Source: an uncultured Eubacteriales bacterium
GTDB taxonomy: Bacteria > Actinomycetota > Coriobacteriia > Anaerosomatales > JAHIQC01
Reading direction: 5' to 3'
DNA: 64,000 nt
Assembly (NCBI GenBank): GCA_964565645.1
Contig: CAZMFQ010000009.1
Coordinates: 47,391-111,390 of the forward strand
The translations under genes and the position numbers were made by a program. Below are positions 8,492 to 18,708 of this stretch, piece by piece. The notes under the pieces were generated by a model, which was not told the origin of the DNA, ran no database searches, and was given only the letters and a program-made list of their open reading frames with translations. The stretch's first letter is position 1. The number at the start of each line of letters is the position of its first letter.

Positions 8492-10363
8492 TCATTCCGC
8501 GAACCGCAGCACGCGGTTGAGTTCCTCGGGACTGACAAGCCCCTCTTTGACCTTGGCGAGCCCGGAAGCGACCATCGGCCGCATCCCGGCGGCGCGCACG
8601 ACCGCCGCGATCTCCTCGGCGGACGCGCCATGAGCGATCGGCGCCCGGACCTGCTCGGTGAAGGGCAGGACCTCGAAGATGCCGGTGGCGCCCTGGAAGC
8701 CCGTGTTCGCACAGGCGGGACAACCCGAGCCGCGCTTGGACGGCGTGCCGGGCTCCGCACCGGGGATCCGGTCCGCAAGCGGGCTCTTCTGCGGCGCCGA
8801 GCAGTGCGGGCAGTTCATGCGCACGAGGCGCTGGCCCACACCGAGCGTGAGCGCCGAAGCGAGCGAGACCGGCTCGACGCCGACGTCGAGCATGCGGCGC
8901 ACGCCCGAGACGATGTCGCCGCCGGAGAAGGTGGCGATGACGAGCTTGCCGACGCCGGCCGCCTCGACCGCGAGATGGACGTCCTCGACGGACTGCATCG
9001 CATCGATGGCGATGACGTCGGTGTCCTGGCGGATGCCCGCCGCGAAGTAGCCCTCGGCGCCGACCGGTGAGCCGGGGCTCACGAGCACCTGCGCGACGGC
9101 GGGGATCTCGTAGTCGATGGAGCGCTCGACCGAGTACACGGTCTTGCCGTATTGCGCGGCGTGCTGCAGCAGTGCGTAATAGGTGGACGAGCGGCCGCCC
9201 GCGACCGGCGCGCACACGAGCAGGATGCCCTTGCCGCGCTCGACCATCGCGTGCAGCGCGCGTACCTCGGCCTCGTTCATACCGAGCTCGGCAAGACCTC
9301 GCGGCGCTGCCTTGTCCGCAGCGACCGAGATGACCACGCGCTGTCCGGCGATCGTCGGTACGGCCGAGACCGTCACGACGAGGTCGCGGTCCCCTATGTG
9401 CGACTTGACGCGACCGAGCGCCGGACGCGAGGACTGCACCGAGGACAGGCGCGCGAAGTTCTTGAAGCCGTCCACGAGTGCGCCCTGGAGCGAGAGCGGG
9501 GCACTCGCGATCTTCTCGAGGCGGCCGTGCACCCGATAGACCAGGAAGAAGTCGTCCTTGTAGGGCAACAGCTGGATGCGGTTCGCGCCGCGCACGACGG
9601 CATGCTCGAGGATGTCCGAGACGAGCACGGCGACCTTGCGCGCGTCCGCGACGGCGAGCACGTCGAGGTCGATGGCCGCCGAACCCTCGGAGACCGCGGT
9701 CTCGACGACCTCCTCGATCCCGCGCACCTCCTCGACGGGCGCATCGGCGGGGACCTCGACGGCAGGCGCGTCGGCGACCACAGGCATGTCGTCGACCACC
9801 GGAGCCTCGAAGAAGTCCGCGACGTCGACCTCCGGCTCCTCGGCAAGGATCGATTCGGGCGTGGGCTCGAGCAGGCGTTCGGCGAGTTCGGCGGGCGTCT
9901 CGACCGCCGCGACGGGCTCCTCGGCGACATCGCCGTAGTACTGCACGATCGCGCCGCGCACCGATGCGGCGTCGGAGAGCACCGCTTCGATCTCGAGTCC
10001 GAGTTCGGCGGCGAGCGAGTCGAGCTTGAAGACGTCCATGGCATCCGCGATCGCGATCGTGAGCATGCCCTCGATCTCAAAGAGCGGGAGCACGTTGCGC
10101 GCACGCGCGACCCCGACGGGAACGAGCAGCAGCGCGTCGTCGTCGGGAGCGTAGCTCGAGAGGTCAACGCGCGGGATGCCGAGCTCGTCCTCCATGACCG
10201 ACTCGACGTCGGCCGGCGTCACGAGCCCCCGCTGCGCAAGGACGTCGCCGGGCGTGGTGCCCGCCGACTCGGCAGCGTCGGTGACCGTGCTGATCTGCTC
10301 GATGGTGAGCAGCCCGGCGTTCGCGAGCGCATCCAGAACGCGTGAAGTGATCGAATCAGGCAT
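8492..10363 (-). CDS. PilB/GspE-family secretion-ATPase homologue with degenerate catalytic motifs (predicted pseudo-ATPase)
   Basis: 623 aa. T2SSE_N-type N-terminal domain, acidic P/E/V linker, C-terminal ATPase fold with the tetracysteine CPHC...CPAC retained. Walker A reads APVAGGRSST, Asp box VERSIDY, Walker B DTDVIAIDAMQS, His box VGKLVIATFSGG. Confidence 0.75.
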   Translation of the reverse strand: MPDSITSRVLDALANAGLLTIEQISTVTDAAESAGTTPGDVLAQRGLVTPADVESVMEDELGIPRVDLSSYAPDDDALLLVPVGVARARNVLPLFEIEGMLTIAIADAMDVFKLDSLAAELGLEIEAVLSDAASVRGAIVQYYGDVAEEPVAAVETPAELAERLLEPTPESILAEEPEVDVADFFEAPVVDDMPVVADAPAVEVPADAPVEEVRGIEEVVETAVSEGSAAIDLDVLAVADARKVAVLVSDILEHAVVRGANRIQLLPYKDDFFLVYRVHGRLEKIASAPLSLQGALVDGFKNFARLSSVQSSRPALGRVKSHIGDRDLVVTVSAVPTIAGQRVVISVAADKAAPRGLAELGMNEAEVRALHAMVERGKGILLVCAPVAGGRSSTYYALLQHAAQYGKTVYSVERSIDYEIPAVAQVLVSPGSPVGAEGYFAAGIRQDTDVIAIDAMQSVEDVHLAVEAAGVGKLVIATFSGGDIVSGVRRMLDVGVEPVSLASALTLGVGQRLVRMNCPHCSAPQKSPLADRIPGAEPGTPSKRGSGCPACANTGFQGATGIFEVLPFTEQVRAPIAHGASAEEIAAVVRAAGMRPMVASGLAKVKEGLVSPEELNRVLRFAE

Positions 10364-10372
10364 CGGGCGTAC

Positions 10373-10753
10373 CTACCCCTGCGCCTTGGAGAGCTCCTCG
10401 GCCACCGCAGCCAGGAGGGTTTCGGGCTCGATAGGCTTCGTGAGGTATTGGTTCGCGCCGGTCCGAATGCCGGTCGCCATCGCCTGCTCCTCGGTCTTGG
10501 CCGTGAGCATGATGATCGGGATGGCCTTGTACTTCTGGTCGAACTTGAGCAGCCGGCAGACCCGGTACCCGTCCAACTTGGGAAGCATGACGTCGAGAAG
10601 GATCAGATCGGGCATCTCCGCACGAGCGGTCTCGAGCGCTTCCGCCCCGTCTGACGCCGTGATGACCTCATAGCCGCCCGACAGGAGGATCGCCTTGATC
10701 ATCTCCAGGATGGTCGGACTGTCATCGACCGCCAGAATACGAGCACTCGCCAT
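10373..10753 (-). CDS. cheY: Single-domain response regulator CheY
   Basis: 126 aa. ILAVDDSPT, LILLDVMLPKLDG, IIMLTAK receiver signature. Confidence 0.85.
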   Translation of the reverse strand: MASARILAVDDSPTILEMIKAILLSGGYEVITASDGAEALETARAEMPDLILLDVMLPKLDGYRVCRLLKFDQKYKAIPIIMLTAKTEEQAMATGIRTGANQYLTKPIEPETLLAAVAEELSKAQG

Positions 10754-10823
10754 TCCTACTCCCCTCCGGGTCAGATGCCGCTTCCTCGTGTATATCGCCG
10801 CTTGCGACCTACACCTTTAGGCA

Positions 10824-12356
10824 TCAACTCGCGCCCTTACGACACTCTACCAGACTACGCTCGACGGTCTTGGCCAACAGATCGGGTTTGAAACCGCCGA
10901 GGAACCACGTCCACGCGCCCTCCGGATCCTCATACAGGGTCCGCAGGGTGTTCTCATATTCTCTGCACGCGTCGCCCGTCGCCCCCTGAGCGCGGTAGAG
11001 GTTCGCGAGGTTGAGATGCGCGAGCGCGAAGCCCTGATCTATGTAGATGGTGCGCTTGAACTCCGAGAGCGCCTCCATCTGCTCGCCGCGGCCCAGGTGG
11101 ATGATCCCGAGGACGTAGCGGGCCGCCGCCATGAGCGGATCGATGCTGAGCGCCTTGTGGCACTCCGCGAACGCCTCGTCCATCTGGCCCTGGTCGGCAT
11201 GCACGTACGCAGCGAGCAGGTATGCCTCGGCGTTGGTCGGCTCGATACTCCAGACTTCGTCGATGGCTTCGAGGACCGCGTCGTTGCGGCCGTCCTGCGA
11301 GGCGAGACGCGCGGCTTCGAGCAACTGGGCCACACGGGCGTCGCCCTCGGCCGCGGGCTTCGCAGGCTCGGCCGGAGCAAGCTCGGGCCTCGTTCGCCGG
11401 GGCTGCTCCACGCCGGCGCGCGACTCGCGGACGAGACGTGCGGTGCTCGGACGCTCGGACGGAGCACGCTTGGGCTCGGATCCGGGGAAGTTCAGTCCCC
11501 GGCGCAGCCGAGGCTTGCGGTACAGGAACACGCCGCCCACCTCGACCGGCTCGAACTTGTCCGAGATGCTCGTGAGCGTCTCGGAGTGGCCGATGAAGAG
11601 GTAGCCGCCCGGGTTCAGGGACTCGTAGAAGTTGTCGACGACCCGGCGCGTGGATTCCAACCGGAAGTAGATGGTGACGTTGCGGCAGAAGATGACGTCC
11701 CAGTTCCCCATGAGCGCCAGCGGGTAGGGCTCCTTGATCAGGTTGTGGTACTGGAACGTGATCAGCTTGCGCACGCGATCGGTGACGCGGTGGCCGTGCG
11801 CGGTCGGCTCGAAGAAGCGACTCGAGACCGAACTCGGGACCGAGAGCAGCGCGCGTGCGGGGTACACGCCCTGCTTGGCGCGTAGCAGGGCGTTGGTCGA
11901 CACGTCGGTGCCCATGACCTCGAGGTTGTAGCCGAGGCCCTCGAGGCCGGAGTCCATGAGCGTCATGGCGATGGTGTACGGCTCCTCCCCGGTGGAGCAG
12001 CCTGCCGACCACACCCGGAACTGCCGGTTGGTGGGGAGTTTGCCCTCGATGATCTCCGGGATGATGAACTTGCGCAGCGCCTCGAACTGCTGAGGGAAGC
12101 GGAAGAAGCTCGTCTCGTTGATCGTGACGAGGTTCATGAGTTCCTTGAACTCGTCCTCGTCGGCCACGAGCATCTCGTAGTACTCGCCGAGCGAGTCGAA
12201 GCAGAAGCGCGTCGCGCGCGTGATGAGCGAGATGCGGAGCGAGTCCGCCTTCTGCTCCTCGAGGTAGATGCCTGAGTGCTTGTGGATGTAGTCGCGGAAC
12301 CGCCCGAACTCCTCGGGGGTCAGGTCCTTTGACAGGCTCTCGCCGTTGCCGGCCAT
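10824..12356 (-). CDS. cheR: Chemotaxis methyltransferase CheR with C-terminal TPR repeats (FrzF-like)
   Basis: 510 aa. CheR SAM-binding region (VWSAGCSTGEEPYTIAM, IFCRNVTIYF), a Pro/Arg-rich linker, and TPR-like repeats at the C-terminus. Confidence 0.9.
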   Translation of the reverse strand: MAGNGESLSKDLTPEEFGRFRDYIHKHSGIYLEEQKADSLRISLITRATRFCFDSLGEYYEMLVADEDEFKELMNLVTINETSFFRFPQQFEALRKFIIPEIIEGKLPTNRQFRVWSAGCSTGEEPYTIAMTLMDSGLEGLGYNLEVMGTDVSTNALLRAKQGVYPARALLSVPSSVSSRFFEPTAHGHRVTDRVRKLITFQYHNLIKEPYPLALMGNWDVIFCRNVTIYFRLESTRRVVDNFYESLNPGGYLFIGHSETLTSISDKFEPVEVGGVFLYRKPRLRRGLNFPGSEPKRAPSERPSTARLVRESRAGVEQPRRTRPELAPAEPAKPAAEGDARVAQLLEAARLASQDGRNDAVLEAIDEVWSIEPTNAEAYLLAAYVHADQGQMDEAFAECHKALSIDPLMAAARYVLGIIHLGRGEQMEALSEFKRTIYIDQGFALAHLNLANLYRAQGATGDACREYENTLRTLYEDPEGAWTWFLGGFKPDLLAKTVERSLVECRKGAS

Positions 12357-12360
12357 GGCG

Positions 12361-13128
12361 TTACTCCGCGACCGGGACTTCGTCAGGCGCCCCCAGGCGT
12401 TCGATCAGCCCCGCCGAGTACATCCCATAGAGGATCTTTGCGGTATCGAAATCGTTGTATCCCGTGACCTCGACGAGCTCGCGCACGGTACGTCCCCCGT
12501 GCAGGAAACACAGGAGCATCCACTCCTTGGGCTTCAGATGGATCTCCATGGACTTGTCACCGGGCGCCGAAGCCATGATGAACCGGGTGTCCATGCTCGG
12601 GATCTTGAGCCGGATACGGTTCCAAAGCTCGAGACGACGCGCGGACTCCATGATGATGTTCTCGACCGAGACGGAGATGCCGATGTCCTCGTCCTCGCAG
12701 GTCTCGCCCGACTCGAACCGAAGCTCACCCTCCTCCCAGCGGAAGAGGTCGAACAGGGTGTCGTTGATCTGGTCCTGGATGAAACTCTCGAGCACCTTGG
12801 AGTCCAGATAGCCCTCATCGACGAGGATCTGCCCGAGGCGGCGGTTGGCCTTCTCCTTCTTCTGGATCTTCTGGAGGCCGAGGGCCTGCCGCAGCTGTTT
12901 CTCCGAGATGACGCCCGTCTTGACGAGACGCCGGCCCAAAGACTCGCGGTTGTAGTTGCTCGATGCGAAGAACACGCGCCCCTTCTTGAAGCAGACGCGC
13001 CCCTCGGACTCGCCGCGCTCCATATGCAGGGTGCCGCTCTTCGAGCCTGAGGCGAGAAGGCGGAACATGTCCTCGAGCGAGAAGTCTCTGAGGTTTCCCT
13101 CGAGCGCCACGGAGATCCTCCCAGGCAT
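12361..13128 (-). CDS. DUF4388-domain protein carrying tandem MshEN/T2SSE_N-type motifs
   Basis: DUF4388 signature (LEGNLRDFSLEDMFRLLASGSKSGTLHMERGESEGRVCFKKGRVFFA), then two 24-residue RLGxxLVxxG..L...L..Q-type motifs. Start at ATG 13128 is preferred; the ORF extends to 13221. First gene of the che operon. Confidence 0.7.
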   Translation of the reverse strand: MPGRISVALEGNLRDFSLEDMFRLLASGSKSGTLHMERGESEGRVCFKKGRVFFASSNYNRESLGRRLVKTGVISEKQLRQALGLQKIQKKEKANRRLGQILVDEGYLDSKVLESFIQDQINDTLFDLFRWEEGELRFESGETCEDEDIGISVSVENIIMESARRLELWNRIRLKIPSMDTRFIMASAPGDKSMEIHLKPKEWMLLCFLHGGRTVRELVEVTGYNDFDTAKILYGMYSAGLIERLGAPDEVPVAE

Positions 13129-13283
13129 CCTATGCCGGCCGAGGATTCGGCAGGCGGAGAAGTCGTTGAAACGGACCGCCGAGGAGTCTACCCGGAGTCC
13201 GTCCCAATCGTAGCACGCCACCTGCCGAGGTCAAAGGACGCAGACAGCGTGTCGACCCCCTCGGACCTCGCCTTACGGCACAA

Positions 13284-13305
13284 GGTGTAATCGCTCGATA
13301 ACACC
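13284..13305. promoter_or_regulatory. Imperfect 22-nt palindrome about 30 nt upstream of the nifA-like start
   Basis: GGTGTAATCGCTCGATAACACC, 9 of 11 symmetric pairs. AT-richer than its surroundings. Lies in the divergent che / nifA-like intergenic region. Confidence 0.3.
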
Positions 13306-13335
13306 ACCGAAACAACCCGCTGGTTCACTGGGTCC

Positions 13336-14880
<1,545 letters not shown>

Positions 14881-14904
14881 ACCGCACGCGCGCTCCTCGG
14901 CAGT

Positions 14905-15576
14905 ATGGGTACGTACGACCCGGGAGGCAGGATGCGCAAGGCGTTAGTACTCATCATCATCTCGGCGGCTGTCGTGGGCGCGGCGTTCGCGATCGCGCGG
15001 GGGCGCACCTCGCTTGCCGGCCCGACGCACGAAGCGGACGACGCACCGGCGCCGGACTCCGAGGGCGTCAGCCGACCCCTGCCCACAGACCCCCTGCCGC
15101 TGCCCGACCCGCTCGTGGATCCGCGCGTCGAGATCGTCAAGAGCGAGCGGAGGCTTCGCGTGTTCTCCGACGGCGCGCCCGTCAAGGGCTACCGCGTGGC
15201 TCTGGGGCGCGAACCGCACGGCGACAAGGAACGCGAGGGCGACGGCCGCACGCCGGAGGGCGCGTTCTACGTCTGCACGCGCAACGGAGAGTCGCAGTAC
15301 CACCGCTCCATCGGGCTCTCCTACCCCGACACCGAAGACGCGGAGCGCGGGCTCGCCGCGGGGCTCATCAACAAACGCGAGCACCGGACGATCGTCGAGG
15401 CCACACGGCACCTCAGGCAGCCTCCGTGGAACACGGCGCTCGGCGGCGAGATCATGATCCACGGCGGAGGCACGCGCGCGGACTGGACTGCGGGTTGCAT
15501 CGCCCTGTCGGACGAGGACGCCGAGGAGCTGTTCAACGCGTTGCCGCTCGGCACGCCGGTCTCGATACTGCCGTAG
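14905..15576 (+). CDS. L,D-transpeptidase (YkuD-fold) with N-terminal membrane anchor
   Basis: Catalytic motif IMIHGGGTRADWTAGCIALS. Hydrophobic N-terminus. An alternative start at 14932 is possible. Confidence 0.75.
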   Translation: MGTYDPGGRMRKALVLIIISAAVVGAAFAIARGRTSLAGPTHEADDAPAPDSEGVSRPLPTDPLPLPDPLVDPRVEIVKSERRLRVFSDGAPVKGYRVALGREPHGDKEREGDGRTPEGAFYVCTRNGESQYHRSIGLSYPDTEDAERGLAAGLINKREHRTIVEATRHLRQPPWNTALGGEIMIHGGGTRADWTAGCIALSDEDAEELFNALPLGTPVSILP

Positions 15577-15580
15577 GCCG

Positions 15581-15599
15581 CGGCGCGTCGGGCGCGCCG
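15581..15599. terminator. GC-rich hairpin between convergent genes
   Basis: CGGCGCG-tcggg-CGCGCCG, a 7-bp stem, 5 nt after the transpeptidase stop. No U-tract. Confidence 0.35.
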
Positions 15600-15612
15600 T
15601 GAGGCCTCGGCG

Positions 15613-16101
15613 TCACTTGCCGCGCTTGGCCGAGAGCGACTCGATCTCGAACACGAGGGCCGAAAACCCGGCCAGACGCTCCTCGATTCGCCACGGGCGC
15701 GAGGCCCAGTAGCCCTCCGGATCGGGTTCAAGATGCTCGACGAGCGTCTCGATCGCGCGGCGCTTCTCGTCCTCGGCGGTCGCGACGCGCAACGTCCCAT
15801 GCATGACGACGGACTCGAAGGGATGCTCGCACTCGCCCACCGTGTAGCCGTGGTCGATGATCACGGTGCCGCACGCGCGCGGTTCGCGCGTGATCGCATC
15901 GATCTTGCGGCCGGTGTGCGCGGCATGGAAGTAGAGCCGCATCGCCGAAGGATCGAACCCGTAACTCAGCGTGACCGCATAGGGCGCTCCGTCGTCGACG
16001 AGCGCGAAGGTCACGAAACGCCCGGCCCGCAGCAGCGCGAGGATCTCGTCGCGGTCGGTGATCTCACGGTCTGTGCGCCGCATGTGATAGGGCTCGGTCA
16101 T
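15613..16101 (-). CDS. Pyridoxamine 5'-phosphate oxidase-like FMN-binding protein
   Basis: 162 aa. The N-terminal MRRTDREITDRDEILALLRAGRFVTFAL pattern is typical of the PNPOx/NimA-like family. Confidence 0.65.
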   Translation of the reverse strand: MTEPYHMRRTDREITDRDEILALLRAGRFVTFALVDDGAPYAVTLSYGFDPSAMRLYFHAAHTGRKIDAITREPRACGTVIIDHGYTVGECEHPFESVVMHGTLRVATAEDEKRRAIETLVEHLEPDPEGYWASRPWRIEERLAGFSALVFEIESLSAKRGK

Positions 16102-16183
16102 CCCGCCTCCTCGGTCGTCAGGTGGGTAGCGTACCGCAACAGCCGATGCGCCGGAACGGGCGATCCGTGACCACGGGGCGGGC

Positions 16184-16393
16184 CTACTCCACGCCGATCA
16201 TCACGGCCGTCGCCTTGAAGATGGCCGTGGCCGGGCTGCCCTCCATCAGTCCAAGCTGGTCGGCGGCTTCGCTTGTCAGTGTCGCACTCACGTACTGGCC
16301 GCCGCCGATGTCGAGCTTGACCACCGCGCTCACCGGGCCGCGCGCGATCGAGACGACGGTGCCCTGCAGTTGGTTGCGTGCCGAAAGCCTCAT
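16184..16393 (-). CDS. mop: Molybdate-binding Mop / TOBE-domain protein
   Basis: 69 aa. The MRLSARNQLQGTVVSI...ATLTSEAADQLGL..G..ATAIFKAT pattern is typical of the Mop family. Confidence 0.8.
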   Translation of the reverse strand: MRLSARNQLQGTVVSIARGPVSAVVKLDIGGGQYVSATLTSEAADQLGLMEGSPATAIFKATAVMIGVE

Positions 16394-16405
16394 TCTCGTT
16401 CCTCT

Positions 16406-17149
16406 CTAGTTCCGGGCCCTGAGCGCCGCGGGCAGTTCCACGGCATGCAGGAGCCTGCGTATCTCCGGCGTGGCCGGATCGTCCAGAAGCTCGGCCGGCC
16501 TGCCCACCTGCACGACGCCGGTGCCGGAGTAGACCACAAGCGAATCCGCGAGCGCGAAGGCCTCGTAGAGGTCGTGCGTGACCATCACGACCGGGATGCC
16601 TCGCTCGCGCTGCACCTCGCGCAGGAGGCGCCGCATCTCCACGCGCACGGGAAGGTCGAGTGCGGACAGCGGCTCGTCGAGCAGCAGGATCCGCGGGTCG
16701 GGCGCGAGAGCGCGCGCAAGCGCGGCACGCTGCCGCTGGCCGCCGGAGATCTCGCGGGGCATCTTGTCCGCGAGCTCGGGGATGTGCATCGTCTCGAGCA
16801 GCTCCTCGGCACGGAGTCTCTGCTCGCGGCGTCGCATGCCGCGCAGCGCGAACTCGACGTTGCCGCGCACGCTCATGTGCGGGAAGAGCTCAGAGGCCTG
16901 CGAGACGTAGCCGACGCCGCGATGTTCGGGCGGCACCCAGACCCCGGCGGCCGTGTCCACGAACACGCGGTCGCCCACGACTATGCGGCCGTCGTCGGGA
17001 CGGCGGGAGCCCGTGAGCATCGAGAGTGTGAGGGACTTGCCCGCGCCGGAGTACCCGAACAGCACCGTGAACCCGGCCGGCACGCGCCAGCCCACATCGA
17101 GTTCGAACCCGGGCAGACTCGAGCGGACGCGCACCGAGACGGCGCTCAT
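16406..17149 (-). CDS. modC: Molybdate ABC transporter ATP-binding protein (no fused TOBE domain)
   Basis: Start at ATG 17149 (MSAVSV...). Walker A GYSGAGKS, signature ISGGQRQR, Walker B ILLLDEP. 4-nt overlap with modB. Confidence 0.8.
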   Translation of the reverse strand: MSAVSVRVRSSLPGFELDVGWRVPAGFTVLFGYSGAGKSLTLSMLTGSRRPDDGRIVVGDRVFVDTAAGVWVPPEHRGVGYVSQASELFPHMSVRGNVEFALRGMRRREQRLRAEELLETMHIPELADKMPREISGGQRQRAALARALAPDPRILLLDEPLSALDLPVRVEMRRLLREVQRERGIPVVMVTHDLYEAFALADSLVVYSGTGVVQVGRPAELLDDPATPEIRRLLHAVELPAALRARN

Positions 17150-17808
17150 CGCGCCACCGCCGAGGAGAGCCGGTTGGCGAGCAGCAGGAACGCCGCTGAG
17201 GCCACGGTGAACACGCCGACGAGCATGGTCGCGGTCCGCCAATCGCCGTAGACGACCGCGTTGTAGATCTCGAGCGCCATCGTGTTGGTCCGCCCGGGCA
17301 TGTTGCCCGCGACCATGATGGTGGCTCCGAACTCGCCGAGAGCGCGCGCAAACGAGAGAGCGAGCCCGGCGATGATGCCGCGTGCCGCCAGGGGCAGTGT
17401 GACCGCGAACGCGGCCTGCAGCTCGGTCCGTCCGAGCGTGCGGGCCGTCTCGATGAGCGCCGGGTCGACCGCCTCTATCGCCGAACGCGCCGTCTTGACC
17501 GTGAACGGCAAGGCGATGGCGAAAGACGCGACGACCGCCGCCTGCCAGGTGAACGTGAGGCCGACCGGGGTGCCCGTAAGAGATGCGGACAGCCTGCCGA
17601 GGAGCCCGTTGCGCCCGATGAGCAGCAGGAGATAGTAGCCCGTCACCACGGGGGGCAGCACGAGCGGCAACGTCACGAACACGTCGAGCACGGCCTTGCC
17701 GCGGAACGAGCGGCTCGCGAGCACCCATGCGAGCGGCACGCCCACGAGCGCGACGGCGACGGTGGCCGCAAGCGCGACCTGGAAGCTCAGTCTGAGCGGG
17801 AACGCCAT
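17146..17808 (-). CDS. modB: Molybdate ABC transporter permease
   Basis: Start at ATG 17808 (MAFPLRL...). EAA-type loop IETARTLG, multiple TM segments. Confidence 0.85.
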   Translation of the reverse strand: MAFPLRLSFQVALAATVAVALVGVPLAWVLASRSFRGKAVLDVFVTLPLVLPPVVTGYYLLLLIGRNGLLGRLSASLTGTPVGLTFTWQAAVVASFAIALPFTVKTARSAIEAVDPALIETARTLGRTELQAAFAVTLPLAARGIIAGLALSFARALGEFGATIMVAGNMPGRTNTMALEIYNAVVYGDWRTATMLVGVFTVASAAFLLLANRLSSAVAR

Positions 17809-17830
17809 CTGGACGAGCGCCTCCACGCGA

Positions 17831-18706
17831 TCACTCCCCCAGCGTCTTGAAGCCGTGTGCAGCAAGCACGGACTGCGCCTCAGGCGTGAGCAGATAGTCC
17901 ACGAACGCCCGCGCCGCGGCCGGGGAGGCGGCGTCCGCGAGGGGTGCTGCGACGTAGCGGGCGGGAGCGACCTCATCGGCGGGAGCGGTGTACACGATCT
18001 CCACATCGTCGCGACCGAGCGCCTCGCTGGCGAAGCCCAGCCCCGCGTCCACCTCGCCCCGCGCCACGAAATCGAGGGTCTGGGCCGCGTTCTCCCCGTA
18101 GACGAACCGGGCCTCGAGCGCGGGCCACAGGCCGATCGTGGTCAGCCACTCCCTGCTCTTGGTCCCATGCGGCGCGGTCTCGGGGTCTCCGGTCGCAAGA
18201 CGTGCGGCGCGCATGAGGTCGGCGGGCCCCTCGATGCGCGCCGGGTTTCCGGCGGGAACGAAGATCACGACCTCGTTGCCGCAGAAGGTGGCGGTCTCCT
18301 CGGCGGATATGAGGCCCGAGGCCACCAGCGCGTCGACCTGTTTGGGACCGGCGCTCGCGAACACGTCGACCGGCGCACCGCCCTCGATCTGCTTCTGGAG
18401 CTGCCCCGAGGACCCGAAGTTGTACACGAGCCGGACGCCCGTGCGCTCCTCGAAACCCGGGGCGAGTTCCTCGAACGCGCGCTTGAGGGTGGTCGCCGCG
18501 CTCACCCGAATCTCAGTCGGCGGCTCCGAGGAGGGCGAACCGCCCGGCGCCGAGTCCGCGGAACCGGACGGCGCAGAGCCCGGAACGCACCCTGAGAGAA
18601 GCGACGCGGCCACAAGCGCGCCGGCCAGCACGAACGCGACCGCGACCGGGCGCACGAAGCGCGCGAGACCGTGCGGCGCGGCGGATGTCAGGACCTTCGC
18701 GTCCAT
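17831..18706 (-). CDS. modA: Molybdate ABC transporter substrate-binding lipoprotein
   Basis: Start at ATG 18706 (MDAKVL...). Lipobox LLSGC. ModA-like VYNFGSSGQLQKQIEGGAPVDVFASA. Confidence 0.85.
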   Translation of the reverse strand: MDAKVLTSAAPHGLARFVRPVAVAFVLAGALVAASLLSGCVPGSAPSGSADSAPGGSPSSEPPTEIRVSAATTLKRAFEELAPGFEERTGVRLVYNFGSSGQLQKQIEGGAPVDVFASAGPKQVDALVASGLISAEETATFCGNEVVIFVPAGNPARIEGPADLMRAARLATGDPETAPHGTKSREWLTTIGLWPALEARFVYGENAAQTLDFVARGEVDAGLGFASEALGRDDVEIVYTAPADEVAPARYVAAPLADAASPAAARAFVDYLLTPEAQSVLAAHGFKTLGE

Positions 18707-18708
18707 GA

